Positions 18,829 to 28,539 of a stretch of 64,000 nucleotides of DNA are shown here, in pieces. The translations under genes and the position numbers were made by a program. The notes under the pieces are model-generated. The model worked only from the letters and a program-made list of their open reading frames with translations, searched no databases and had not been told where the DNA came from. Position 1 is the first letter of the stretch. Each line of letters starts with the position of its first letter. The stretch is from an uncultured Bacteroidaceae bacterium (GTDB lineage Bacteria; Bacillota; Clostridia; Christensenellales; CAG-917), in contig CAZRHE010000004.1 of NCBI GenBank assembly GCA_964599875.1, forward strand, positions 13,943 through 77,942. Reading direction: 5' to 3'.

Positions 18829-20574
18829 ATGTCGTATATAAGCCTCACAGGGGTAAGTTACTCTTATCCGCTAGGGGAGGGCCACAGTCTAAAAGCCCTC
18901 AAAAACCTGTCTTTCTCCGTTGAAAAAGGCAGTTTTATCGCGTTGGTCGGCAAAAACGGCAGCGGTAAAAGCACTCTTGCCAAACTTCTCAACGGTTTAT
19001 TTTTGCCCACTTCGGGCACCGTCGTCATAGACGGAATGTCTACGTCCGACGAAAAATTCACTTTCGATATCAGAAAAAAAGTGGGTATGGTTTTCCAAAA
19101 TCCCGACAATCAAACGGTTGCTACGATCGTGGAAGACGACGTCGCTTTCGGTCCCGAAAATATAGGCGTGCCCAGAGATGAAATCATAGAGAGAGTGGAT
19201 TCCGCCCTTGCCGCGGTCGGGATGAGCGAATATCGCTCCCGCCCCGTCAGCAAACTTTCGGGCGGTCAAAAACAACGCGTCGCTATTGCGGGAGTGCTTG
19301 CAATGCGTCCCGAAGTCGTCGTTTTCGACGAAAGCACCGCTATGCTCGACCCCGTCGGCAGAAAAGAAATTATGGCGATTGCAAAATCCTTGCACGAGCA
19401 AGGCATAACCGTAATCAATATCACGCACAACATGGACGAAGCGTCCCTTGCGGACAGAATCATCGTCATGGATAAAGGACGTATCGTCGGCGACGGCACG
19501 CCGAAACAAATCTTTTCGGGTTGCGACGTAAAAACTTTCGGGCTTTCTCTCCCCGCCCCCACGGAAATCGCGGAAGACGCAAAGAAAATCGGATACGTTT
19601 TCGACGACGTAATCGTGTCGGCGGAAGAATTGACGGACGGGATTTTGAAAAACGTCGGCGAAAAGGAAATATCCGCTCTTAATCTGCCTACGCCCGAAAT
19701 CAAAAAAGGCGAAAAGGCTGTCGAAATCGAAAATCTGTCCTTCGTCTACTCGAAAAAAACGCCCTCTGAAAAAGTCGCTCTCGACAATATCAACCTCACG
19801 ATAAACGAGGGAGAATTCGTCGCGCTCATCGGCAAGACGGGGAGCGGAAAATCCACTTTCATTCAGCACCTAAACGGGCTTATCAAGTGCCAAAGCGGGG
19901 ACGTAAAAGTCTACGGCAAATCCGCAAAGGATAAGAAAAATCTCAAAAATTTGCGTTACACGGTGGGTATGGTTTTCCAATATCCCGAATATCAACTTTT
20001 CGAGGACACCGTGGCAAAGGACGTCGCTTTCGGGCCCAAAAATATGAAACTCTCCCAAGAGGAAATCGACGAGAGAGTGAAAAAAGCACTCGACCTCGTA
20101 GGGCTTCCCTACGACAAATTCGCGACGCGCAGTCCGTTTGAACTCAGCGGCGGCGAAAAACGCAGAGCGGCGATTGCAGGCGTCATCGCAATGCAGCCTA
20201 AAATTCTCGTCCTCGACGAGCCTTTCGCAGGGCTCGACCCCGTCGGCATAGAAGACGTAACAAAACTCATCCTCACCCTCAAAAAGCACGTTTGCCCCAC
20301 CGTGATTATGGTTTCGCACAGCATGGACGCAGTCGCGGAAATCGCGGATAGAATCATCGCGCTCGAGGACGGAAAACTCGTGGCGGACGGCGTCCCGTCC
20401 GAAATTTTCAAAAACAGAAAACTGGTCAAATCCATAGGGCTCGACCTTCCCTTCCCAGCAACCGCAAGGGATATGCTTTCCCACAAAGGGATTATCCTGC
20501 CCGAAGAAATAGTAAAAAAGGCGGACTTTACAAACGCCCTCGAAAAACTTATAGGGGGGTGCGCGAATGTTTAG
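18829..20574 (+). CDS. ecfA: ECF transporter ATPase, fused EcfA1-EcfA2
   Basis: Two ABC domains (GKNGSGKST/FQNPDNQ/LSGGQKQR and GKTGSGKST/FQYPEYQ/LSGGEKRR). Confidence 0.93.
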   Translation: MSYISLTGVSYSYPLGEGHSLKALKNLSFSVEKGSFIALVGKNGSGKSTLAKLLNGLFLPTSGTVVIDGMSTSDEKFTFDIRKKVGMVFQNPDNQTVATIVEDDVAFGPENIGVPRDEIIERVDSALAAVGMSEYRSRPVSKLSGGQKQRVAIAGVLAMRPEVVVFDESTAMLDPVGRKEIMAIAKSLHEQGITVINITHNMDEASLADRIIVMDKGRIVGDGTPKQIFSGCDVKTFGLSLPAPTEIAEDAKKIGYVFDDVIVSAEELTDGILKNVGEKEISALNLPTPEIKKGEKAVEIENLSFVYSKKTPSEKVALDNINLTINEGEFVALIGKTGSGKSTFIQHLNGLIKCQSGDVKVYGKSAKDKKNLKNLRYTVGMVFQYPEYQLFEDTVAKDVAFGPKNMKLSQEEIDERVKKALDLVGLPYDKFATRSPFELSGGEKRRAAIAGVIAMQPKILVLDEPFAGLDPVGIEDVTKLILTLKKHVCPTVIMVSHSMDAVAEIADRIIALEDGKLVADGVPSEIFKNRKLVKSIGLDLPFPATARDMLSHKGIILPEEIVKKADFTNALEKLIGGCANV

Positions 20575-21415
20575 AGATATCTCTTTCGGGCAATACTATC
20601 CCGCCGATTCCCCCGTGCATCGCATGGACGCAAGGGTGAAACTTCTTCTCACTCTTCTCTTCGTCATTGCGATATTCTTCGTCAAATCCTACTTCGGATT
20701 TTTGCTCACCGCGGCGGTTCTTATTTTGATAGTGCTCATCGCGAAACTGCCCATGATGTCCGTGCTTAAATCCGTGAGAGGAATACTCTTCATCGTGCTG
20801 TTCACCGCCCTCATAAATCTCTTCTTCGGGAGTCGCGACGACAGTGAAATACTTTGGTCGGCGTGGGTGCTCAAAATCACCAAATCTGGCGTTCATTCTA
20901 CCATAAAAATGGTTTTAAGGCTCGTTTTGTTGATTTCGGGTGCGTCTTTACTTTCTTTGACGACCACTCCCGTCGCACTTGCCGACGGGCTCGAAGGGCT
21001 GCTTTCTCCCCTCAAAAAAATCAAAGTCCCCGTCCACGATATCGCGATGATTATGTCTATCGCACTGCGCTTCATCCCCACCCTTTTCGAAGAAACGAAC
21101 AAGATAATTTCCGCACAAAAAGCAAGGGGCGCAAGTTTCGACACGGGCGGCATTTTCGCAAGAGCGAAAGCGCTTATCCCCGTGCTTATTCCTTTGTTCG
21201 TCAATTCGTTCAAGCGTGCGGACGAACTTGCGTTCGCTATGGACGCAAGGTGCTATAACGCCACTCCTCATCGCACGAAGATGAAAGTTTCGAAGATAGG
21301 CACTCGCGACGTCGTCGCTTGCCTCGTCGTCCTTGCATACTTCGTCGTCATACTTCTCGACCGCTACTACTGGTGCGGATATATCGACGCACTCGTCCTC
21401 GGAGGTTTGCTGTGA
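20567..21415 (+). CDS. ecfT: ECF transporter transmembrane component
   Basis: GQYYPADS.VHRMDAR, ALRFIP, AQKARG, AMDARCY. Confidence 0.95.
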   Translation: MFRDISFGQYYPADSPVHRMDARVKLLLTLLFVIAIFFVKSYFGFLLTAAVLILIVLIAKLPMMSVLKSVRGILFIVLFTALINLFFGSRDDSEILWSAWVLKITKSGVHSTIKMVLRLVLLISGASLLSLTTTPVALADGLEGLLSPLKKIKVPVHDIAMIMSIALRFIPTLFEETNKIISAQKARGASFDTGGIFARAKALIPVLIPLFVNSFKRADELAFAMDARCYNATPHRTKMKVSKIGTRDVVACLVVLAYFVVILLDRYYWCGYIDALVLGGLL

Positions 21416-22182
21416 GATATCGCGCGACCGTTTCCTATTTCGGCAAAAACTACGTCGGCTGGCAAAGACAGTTGAACGGTTTGAGCGTGCAAGAAGTCCT
21501 CGAAAACGCTCTCACGAAAACTTTCGGCATCCCCACCTCTTGCACTGCAAGCGGACGCACGGACGCAGGCGTCCACGCACTCGGACAAGTGATTCACTTC
21601 GACGCGGATACTTCTATCCCGACGGACAAAATACCCTATGCGGTCAACACTTCTCTCCCCGACGACGTGTCCATGCTTTATTGCGAAGAAACTTATCCCG
21701 AATTTAACGCGCGCTTTTCGGCAAAGCGCAAAACTTACAGATACAGCATTTACACCTCTCCTCATCGTCTTCCCGTCATCGGAGAAACCCACTCTCACGT
21801 GATATCCCCTCTTGACGCCGACAAGATGAAAGAATGTGCGAAAATCCTCGTCGGAGAGCACGATTTCAAATGTTTCGAGGCAAGCGGCTCGGTCGTCAAG
21901 TCTACCGTCCGCACCATTTATTCTCTCGACGTCGAAGTCAAAGATATCGCAGTCGCGGGCGAATTTGCATTCAGACCCCAAGAGATAACCATCACCGTTT
22001 GCGGAAACGGATTCTTATATAATATGGTGCGCATAATCGCAGGCACCCTCACCTACGTAGGCATGGGGAAACTGACCGCGGACGACGTGAAACTCGCACT
22101 TGAATCAAAAGACAGGACGAAAGCAGGCAAAACTCTTCCCCCCGAAGGTTTGTGCCTATTGTCCGTCGAATACGAAGACTAA
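21412..22182 (+). CDS. truA: tRNA pseudouridine(38-40) synthase
   Basis: GWQRQ, GRTDAGVHA, FLYNMVR; GTG start overlapping the ecfT stop. Confidence 0.96.
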   Translation: MRYRATVSYFGKNYVGWQRQLNGLSVQEVLENALTKTFGIPTSCTASGRTDAGVHALGQVIHFDADTSIPTDKIPYAVNTSLPDDVSMLYCEETYPEFNARFSAKRKTYRYSIYTSPHRLPVIGETHSHVISPLDADKMKECAKILVGEHDFKCFEASGSVVKSTVRTIYSLDVEVKDIAVAGEFAFRPQEITITVCGNGFLYNMVRIIAGTLTYVGMGKLTADDVKLALESKDRTKAGKTLPPEGLCLLSVEYED

Positions 22183-22238
22183 ATAAAAATCGGCTATACG
22201 GTCGCTTTTGTTTTTCTGTTTTGAAAATCATAATAACT

Positions 22239-22272
22239 AAAAACCGCCGAGAAAAATCCCCGACGGTTTTTT
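22239..22272. terminator. Terminator between convergent truA and the GH3 gene
   Basis: Imperfect AAAAACCGCCG/CGACGGTTTTT stem. Confidence 0.6.
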
Positions 22273-22291
22273 GATTTTTAAAAATTCGATT

Positions 22292-24709
22292 TTATTGTAT
22301 CCGCTTTCTCGTAGATTCGTTTGCAAGGACGTATTTCAAAACGTTGACCGCGCTTCTTTGCATTTCGGCGCGCGTCAGCACTCCGTCTTTTAGTCCTTTG
22401 AGCGTCGTGCCGTCATATTTGCCCTTTATTCTGCTTCCGCCCGGCATAACTACGTCGACCTGTGCGCGCACTCTCATTCCGTTATGTTTCAACTTTTTGA
22501 AGTCGGGGGATTTTTCGGACACCGTCCACCAGTCGGTCACGAGCATCCCGTCGTATCCCCACTCCTTGCGGAGAATGGTCGTTGCAAGGTCGTAATTGTA
22601 ATAAGAGAAAGTACCGTTGATTTTGTTGTACGACGTCATCATACAAAGCGGCTTGCCTTCTTCCACGCAAATTCTGAATCCTTTGAGATATATCTCTCTA
22701 AGCGCTCTTGCCGACACTCTCGTATCCGTGTGATTGCGGTTTGTTTCTTGGTTATTGCACGCGAAGTGTTTGGGACAAGCGGACACGCCCGCCGACTGTA
22801 TTCCTCTCACGACCGCCGCGGCAATTTTGCCCGACACGACGGGGTCTTCGGAGAAGTATTCGAAGTTTCGTCCGCAAAGAGGGTCGCGGTGCAAATTCAT
22901 GCCGGGACCCAAAAGCATATCCGACCCTTTGCGCTTCATTTCTTCACCGAGTTCCGCATAGACTTCGGCAACCAATTCTTCGTTCATGGAAGAGGCTATC
23001 GCAGTGCCGCAAGGGAGCAAGGACGCATAGTGCGCAAGCCTGATTCCCGACGGGCCGTCCGTCGTTATAACGGCGGGGATTCCTTTGTCCATAAGGCTTT
23101 GTTCGGTGCCGCCGAAAGCACCCGCGTTACCCTCGGTGCCAAGGGGACTGTTCATCTTAAATTGACCGCGCGCAAGCACTTCGAGTTCCTCGTCGGTCAA
23201 GGTGGACACAAACTCTTCAACCGTCAAATTGCCGACTTTAACATCCTCAAACGTGCAGATTAAGTCCTTGTTTTGCGGAATCTCTTTCGGAAGCCGCGCA
23301 AGGATTCTATCTTTCACGGACACGGTTTCGGTCGCCACTTTGTGATACTTTTTGCTCACTTCTCCGTTCTTCGCGACGTGCGGATAAGTGACGTCGAAAG
23401 GCACTTTCGGGGCGCACGCTTCTTCGCATTGCTCGACGACGGTTTCGTCGATATGCACGCTTGCAATCTCTTCCGCAGACACGTAATCGCCGCCGACGTA
23501 AAAGACGTATTCGCCGTCTTCGACAACGAAACAATTCTTGTGTCCCGTCCGTCCGCCATCGTCGAAAGACGCCAAATCTTTCTTTCCGAAAACGAGAGTG
23601 ATTTCTTCGCTTTCGCCGGGTGCGATAAGTCCGGTTTTCTTGAAAGCGACGAGGTTTCTAAACGGCTTGCCGAGTTTCCCTTGCGGTGGATTGACGTAAA
23701 GGAAAACGACTTCTTTCCCCGCTTTGTCCCCCACGTTTTCAACCGTTGTTTTTAGGGTAAATTCATCGCCGTCGCAAGACAGCGTCGAGGTCTTTTTAAA
23801 ATTCGTATATGAGAGGCCGTAACCGAAAGGATAGACGACGGGGGTGTTGCCGAAAGTCGAAAAATAGCGATATCCGACGTACACGTCCTCGACGTAATTA
23901 TTCGCCTTTCTCGCGCCGAAATTGCTTGCGGACGGATAGTCGATATAGCGCATAGCCACGGTGTCCGTCAGTTTCCCCGACGGATTGACTTTGCCCGTCA
24001 GCACGTCCGCGACGGCGTTTCCGCTTTCCATTCCGCCCTGCCACGCATAGACGATTGCGGAGAGCCTATCCCCGTATTCTTTCACCCAAGACGTATCCAT
24101 GACGTTGCCCGCGTCTATAATCACGACCACTTTTTTGAATCTTGCAGTGACGAGATTGAGCATGATTTTTTCGTCGTCCGTGATGAGATATCCGCCTTTG
24201 ACGAGTTTTTGTTCGCGGTCTTCACCCGCCGCCCTGCCTATGACGACGATTGCAAGGTCGGATTTTTCCGCTTGCTTTTCGACAAACGCGTCGGTGAGGG
24301 GCATTTCGTCGTAACAAAGAGGCCAATGCCCCCAAAAACCTTCGTCGGTGGGATTTTTCTCACACCAATCCGCATAAACTGCGGCAAGTTCGTCGTTGAG
24401 TTTAACTCCCGCTCCGCGAAGTCCGTCTATAAGGCTTACTTTGTACGGTGCTTTCACGTCGCCGCCCGAACCGTATCCGACGTAAAAATAGTCGTTCTGC
24501 ACTCTGCCGAATACGGAAACTGTTTTATCTTCGCCTATAGGAAGGGTGCCGTCGTTTTTGAGAAGGACTATGCCCTCTCCCGCAAGTGCGCGCGCTTTCG
24601 AAATAAGTTCGGGAGAAGAATCCTTTTCTCCCAAAATTTCACCGCCCGTCTTTTGCGCCAAAGCGACGAAGAAATTTACGATTTTAGAAAGGGTTATTTT
24701 CTTTTTCAT
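22292..24709 (-). CDS. GH3 beta-glucosidase, reversed domain order (C-domain and Fn3-like first, TIM barrel last)
   Basis: EGIVLLKN and YPFGYGLSY come before DGPSGIR, GRNFEYFSED, KHFACN, SYNKING and VTDWW. Confidence 0.93.
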   Translation of the reverse strand: MKKKITLSKIVNFFVALAQKTGGEILGEKDSSPELISKARALAGEGIVLLKNDGTLPIGEDKTVSVFGRVQNDYFYVGYGSGGDVKAPYKVSLIDGLRGAGVKLNDELAAVYADWCEKNPTDEGFWGHWPLCYDEMPLTDAFVEKQAEKSDLAIVVIGRAAGEDREQKLVKGGYLITDDEKIMLNLVTARFKKVVVIIDAGNVMDTSWVKEYGDRLSAIVYAWQGGMESGNAVADVLTGKVNPSGKLTDTVAMRYIDYPSASNFGARKANNYVEDVYVGYRYFSTFGNTPVVYPFGYGLSYTNFKKTSTLSCDGDEFTLKTTVENVGDKAGKEVVFLYVNPPQGKLGKPFRNLVAFKKTGLIAPGESEEITLVFGKKDLASFDDGGRTGHKNCFVVEDGEYVFYVGGDYVSAEEIASVHIDETVVEQCEEACAPKVPFDVTYPHVAKNGEVSKKYHKVATETVSVKDRILARLPKEIPQNKDLICTFEDVKVGNLTVEEFVSTLTDEELEVLARGQFKMNSPLGTEGNAGAFGGTEQSLMDKGIPAVITTDGPSGIRLAHYASLLPCGTAIASSMNEELVAEVYAELGEEMKRKGSDMLLGPGMNLHRDPLCGRNFEYFSEDPVVSGKIAAAVVRGIQSAGVSACPKHFACNNQETNRNHTDTRVSARALREIYLKGFRICVEEGKPLCMMTSYNKINGTFSYYNYDLATTILRKEWGYDGMLVTDWWTVSEKSPDFKKLKHNGMRVRAQVDVVMPGGSRIKGKYDGTTLKGLKDGVLTRAEMQRSAVNVLKYVLANESTRKRIQ

Positions 24710-24710
24710 A

Positions 24711-25637
24711 CTATCTCTTTTGTTTTTCTTGTTTTCTCTTGTCGTTTATTATTTGCATTTCCTTTGCGGTAATCAAGGTGCAGTTATTTTCTTTTGCCCA
24801 ATCCACGCATCCTTGCAAGACCACTTTCAAAAACACTCTCGGCACTTTGACCAACGTCGCGCAGGCGTCCTCGCTGAATTTGACCTTGTCGTCTATGCGA
24901 TTGGCGGCGTACTTGACGCTGTTGATATCCGCCTCTTTGCCCGCGGGGATTTTCTCCGCGATGGGGCGTTTGAATCGGGTGTACCAGAAATTCGTGCTGT
25001 CGCGATAGCCGTAATCCACGGGGACGCGAGGGAATCCGCTCGGTTTGACGCCGTTTATTATGGTGTTGTAAAACTTTTCTTTCATAAGGATTTTATCCAC
25101 TTTCAAGATGAAGTGGCATCCGAATTTCGAGGTTATGCCGTTGAAGTTTCTATACGGCGGGTCTATTCCGTCCAAAATTCCCGTCCTCGATTTATCCTCG
25201 TACGCGTCTTCGAGGCTATCGTCCCAAGTACATTCGAACACCTGATACGCCTTGCTTATGACGAGAGGTCTTGCGCCGTCCGCCGCAATGCCCTTTTCGA
25301 ATTTGAAAGGACAGTTTTTCATCTTTTCGGCGGGAGTTTCTCCGGGGAATCCCAAACGCACGGTTTCTTTGAAATCCGCTCTGTCGTCTTCGAGGAAGTT
25401 GAGCGCGCATTTGCCCGTGCGCAAAATATTTTGCGCCGTGTTGGACGAGTTTCTACATTCGAGAATCATCGCATAGTAGTCCTTGCCCGCTATATAATAA
25501 GGAAAGCATAGGGAGTATGCGCCGACGGTCGTCGAGCCGTCCTCGGTTAGAGTGGAAATCAGCACGGTCGGCATGGGGAAAAACGCCGAAGTCTGATAAA
25601 AGTTATCTACGATACGTAAGTCTTTGAAACTGCTCAT
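24711..25637 (-). CDS. Flavin-reductase-like (split barrel) protein with a C-terminal PCP_red-like helical domain
   Basis: FPMPTVLIST, TAQNILRTGKCALNF and FEC; tail FSEDACATLVKVPRVF..WAKENNCTLIT. Confidence 0.65.
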   Translation of the reverse strand: MSSFKDLRIVDNFYQTSAFFPMPTVLISTLTEDGSTTVGAYSLCFPYYIAGKDYYAMILECRNSSNTAQNILRTGKCALNFLEDDRADFKETVRLGFPGETPAEKMKNCPFKFEKGIAADGARPLVISKAYQVFECTWDDSLEDAYEDKSRTGILDGIDPPYRNFNGITSKFGCHFILKVDKILMKEKFYNTIINGVKPSGFPRVPVDYGYRDSTNFWYTRFKRPIAEKIPAGKEADINSVKYAANRIDDKVKFSEDACATLVKVPRVFLKVVLQGCVDWAKENNCTLITAKEMQIINDKRKQEKQKR

Positions 25638-25782
25638 ACAAGCCTCCTGATTTTATCTTAAACCATTTTGTTAATCTTTTCAAGATTATTATTCGAGTAT
25701 GCTGAAAAAAATCCCGATTTTCGTAGCCGTTGACTTTAAGGCGGCGAAAGCGTATACTAAATCCGACGGAGGAATCTCAAAA

Positions 25783-26901
25783 ATGAAAACCACCACGTAT
25801 AAAGGCGTATCCCTACTTATCGGGGGACGCGAAAGCAAAACTCTATACGACGTTTCGGTCGCGGACGGCATAATCACCGCCGTAGAAAAATCCGATGCTC
25901 TTTCTCCGTCGGGATATCTCTCGGCGGGATTCGTGGACTTGCACACTCACGGATGCAAAGGACACGAATTTTCCTCTTGCACGAAAGCGGATTTCGACGA
26001 AACGGTCGACTGGTATCTTGAAAACGGCGTCACGCACTTCTCTCCCACCTTCGTCGCAACAGAATTAGCAACGCTTGAAAAGCAACTCAATCGGCTGTAT
26101 TCTTTCACGTCGGACGATGCGGCCGTGCTCCCCGCGCATATGGAAGGACCTTTCATCGACTTGAAATATAAGGGTGCGCAACCCGCGCGCAACGTGTACG
26201 GCGAATACGAGGATAACCACCGCACGTTTTTTGAAAATAACGCGGACAAAATCGGCATAGTCACCCTTTGTCCCACAGTGAAAGGCGCGAAAAAACTAAC
26301 CGCCCTTTGCACCTCTCTCGGCATAAAAACGCAGGTCGGACACTCCGCCGCAGACTACGACGAAATCACCGCATGCGAAGAAGAAGGACTCGACGGTGTA
26401 ACGCATATATATTGCGGTTGCTCCCAAGCGGAGAGAAAAGGACTTTCCCCTAAAACTCTCGGCGTAGCCGAAACCGCACTTGCAAAAAAAGATTTATTCG
26501 TGGAGATGATTCCGGACGGAAAGCACTTATCCGTCCCCCTAATGAAATTCGTAATCGAACGTAAAGGTTATCGCCGCGTTATGCTGGTGTCGGACAGCCT
26601 TTCTTGCGCAGGGATGCCCGTCGGCACTTATAAACTCGGTGAGGACGACGTGTTTAACGACGGCAAAGTTTGCGTGCGCGCGGACAAAAGCGGAATCGCG
26701 GGGAGCGTAATTTCCCTTGCGGACGGCGTAAAAATCCTCGTCGAAAACGGAATCCCCCTTGCAGAGGCGGCGTATATGGCAAGCGAAACGCCGAGAAAAT
26801 ATATCGGGCTTTCCGTCCCCGCTCTCGAAATCGGAGAAAAAGCGGATTTCGTCCTTCTCGACGAAAAAGGAAATCTCCTATCCGTCCTTTGCGCCCAATA
26901 G
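25783..26901 (+). CDS. nagA: N-acetylglucosamine-6-phosphate deacetylase family amidohydrolase
   Basis: GFVDLHTHG, HMEGPF, KGAQ, GHSAA, DGKH, LVSD, IAGS; TTGACT-17-TATACT promoter and GGAGG RBS. Confidence 0.82.
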   Translation: MKTTTYKGVSLLIGGRESKTLYDVSVADGIITAVEKSDALSPSGYLSAGFVDLHTHGCKGHEFSSCTKADFDETVDWYLENGVTHFSPTFVATELATLEKQLNRLYSFTSDDAAVLPAHMEGPFIDLKYKGAQPARNVYGEYEDNHRTFFENNADKIGIVTLCPTVKGAKKLTALCTSLGIKTQVGHSAADYDEITACEEEGLDGVTHIYCGCSQAERKGLSPKTLGVAETALAKKDLFVEMIPDGKHLSVPLMKFVIERKGYRRVMLVSDSLSCAGMPVGTYKLGEDDVFNDGKVCVRADKSGIAGSVISLADGVKILVENGIPLAEAAYMASETPRKYIGLSVPALEIGEKADFVLLDEKGNLLSVLCAQ

Positions 26902-26988
26902 TCTTATAGACTCGCAAGGCGCAATATAAAAAATAATAAATTAAGCCAATCGCAAAACGCTATCCTGCAGTTTAAAAAAGTTACCGCT

Positions 26989-27022
26989 AAAAAACGCACT
27001 CCGTTTGATTCGGGGTGCGTTT
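26989..27022. terminator. Terminator between convergent genes
   Basis: AAAAAACGCACTCCG/CGGGGTGCGTTT. Confidence 0.75.
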
Positions 27023-27041
27023 CGTTTCGGCCTTTCTTTCG

Positions 27042-27776
27042 TCAGTCCTTTTTCTTCCTTGCTTTGAGATAGCGGAATCTATATCGCAAAAACCATTTCG
27101 TGTTGTAAACCGCGCAAGGCGTGATAAGTTTCGCTTTCAGTTCGAGAAGGACGTTTGAAATCGTCCAAGGGATTATGGGCGGATAGTTTTTGCATTGGCA
27201 CTTGAATAGCGGTGCGCCGAAAATGTTCGAGTTTATGCTGTCGGGCGCGTAAGACAATTTCCTCGGCGGATGATTGCACAGTTGCCCCACCGTGTAGCCC
27301 TTGCCTTTGAGATACGCCGTAGCCTTTTCGTGAAAACTGATGAGCACGTATTCGCCCTCGTAATCCGCAAGTTCTTTCACGACGGCGTCCGCAAGTTCGA
27401 TTTCGTTTCCGTCGCATTTTAGTTCGATAAAGACGGGGACTTTGCCGCCTATTATGGACAGCACGTCTTTGAAAAGAGGGATACGCTCTCTCGTCAAATG
27501 AAGTCTTTGTTTGGTGACTTCTTCCGTCGTCATCTTTTCAAGCGTGCCCGGTCTAAAACACATACGCCACAAAGAGAAATCGTGGAAAACGACTATGTTG
27601 CCGTCTGATAAAAGATGCACGTCGAGTTCGATGCCAAAGTTTGCGTCCACCGCTCTCCTAAACGCCTTTTTAGAGTTTTCGGGTGCGCCGAAACTCCAAC
27701 AACCGCGATGTGCAAACACGGGGTGTCGTACCATTATATCTTTTATATCAACCGCTCTAACGTTCTCGCAATCCAT
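27042..27776 (-). CDS. Glycerophosphodiester phosphodiesterase family protein
   Basis: AHRG, PENS, IELDV, VFHD, IELK, ISF. Confidence 0.88.
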   Translation of the reverse strand: MDCENVRAVDIKDIMVRHPVFAHRGCWSFGAPENSKKAFRRAVDANFGIELDVHLLSDGNIVVFHDFSLWRMCFRPGTLEKMTTEEVTKQRLHLTRERIPLFKDVLSIIGGKVPVFIELKCDGNEIELADAVVKELADYEGEYVLISFHEKATAYLKGKGYTVGQLCNHPPRKLSYAPDSINSNIFGAPLFKCQCKNYPPIIPWTISNVLLELKAKLITPCAVYNTKWFLRYRFRYLKARKKKD

Positions 27777-27833
27777 AGTTTATCCTCTTATTTTTGTTTG
27801 TTAAAGTAGTGTTTTTGTGATTTTCTCTTTTTC

Positions 27834-28433
27834 TCACGCACCCTTTTTGCCCGTGCCGAAGAAGTCGAGAATGGTAAGGTCTATGATTTTCGTGAGTTGC
27901 GTTTTTATCTCGTCCGCGGTGTATCCGCCCTCTCCGAGAATCCACCATTTCACGAGTTGAATCACTCCGCCCGAGAAAAATTCCGCCAAAATCTCCACGG
28001 GGACGGGGTGGTCTTTCACGGGAAGTTTGCCCACCTTTCTTACGATATTGTCAATCAAAATCGCATGCACTTTGTCAAACACGAGGGATGAATCCGCTTT
28101 CGTGATTATTGTTTTGAGGTGCTTCCTTTGGGCTGTCAAATACGTCATAATCACATCGAGCACGTCGTGATAATAGACGATGAGGTCGCTGTCGCCGTGC
28201 ACCTTGTCAACCTCGTCGTCAAAGCCGTACATTATATCCATAATACACTTGTCGAGAAGTTGATACTTGTCCTCGAAATGCGTATAAAAAGTGCCCCTGT
28301 TGATGAGTGCCTTATCGCAAATGTCGATAATGGTTATGTTGTTGAAAGACTTCTCTTCGAGAAGTTCGTAAAACGCGTCGATGATTGCTTTTTGAGTGCG
28401 CTTTATGCGCAAATCCGTTTTCTTATCGCTCAT
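27834..28433 (-). CDS. TetR/AcrR family regulator
   Basis: DLRIKRT..ITIIDICDKALINRGTFYTHFEDKYQLL helix-turn-helix. Confidence 0.93.
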   Translation of the reverse strand: MSDKKTDLRIKRTQKAIIDAFYELLEEKSFNNITIIDICDKALINRGTFYTHFEDKYQLLDKCIMDIMYGFDDEVDKVHGDSDLIVYYHDVLDVIMTYLTAQRKHLKTIITKADSSLVFDKVHAILIDNIVRKVGKLPVKDHPVPVEILAEFFSGGVIQLVKWWILGEGGYTADEIKTQLTKIIDLTILDFFGTGKKGA

Positions 28434-28443
28434 AATTCACCTC

Positions 28444-28478
28444 GCTAAAATTTTAGCAGATATCCGTACACCTGTCAA
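28444..28478 (-). promoter_or_regulatory. tetR promoter with a palindrome over the -10
   Basis: TTGACA-17-TAAAAT; perfect palindrome GCTAAAATTTTAGC at 28444-28457. Confidence 0.7.
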
Positions 28479-28539
28479 GATATACTGATTTTTCGGCTGA
28501 AAAACGGAATATCCTTATCGCAATGCGCTTATCCTAAAA

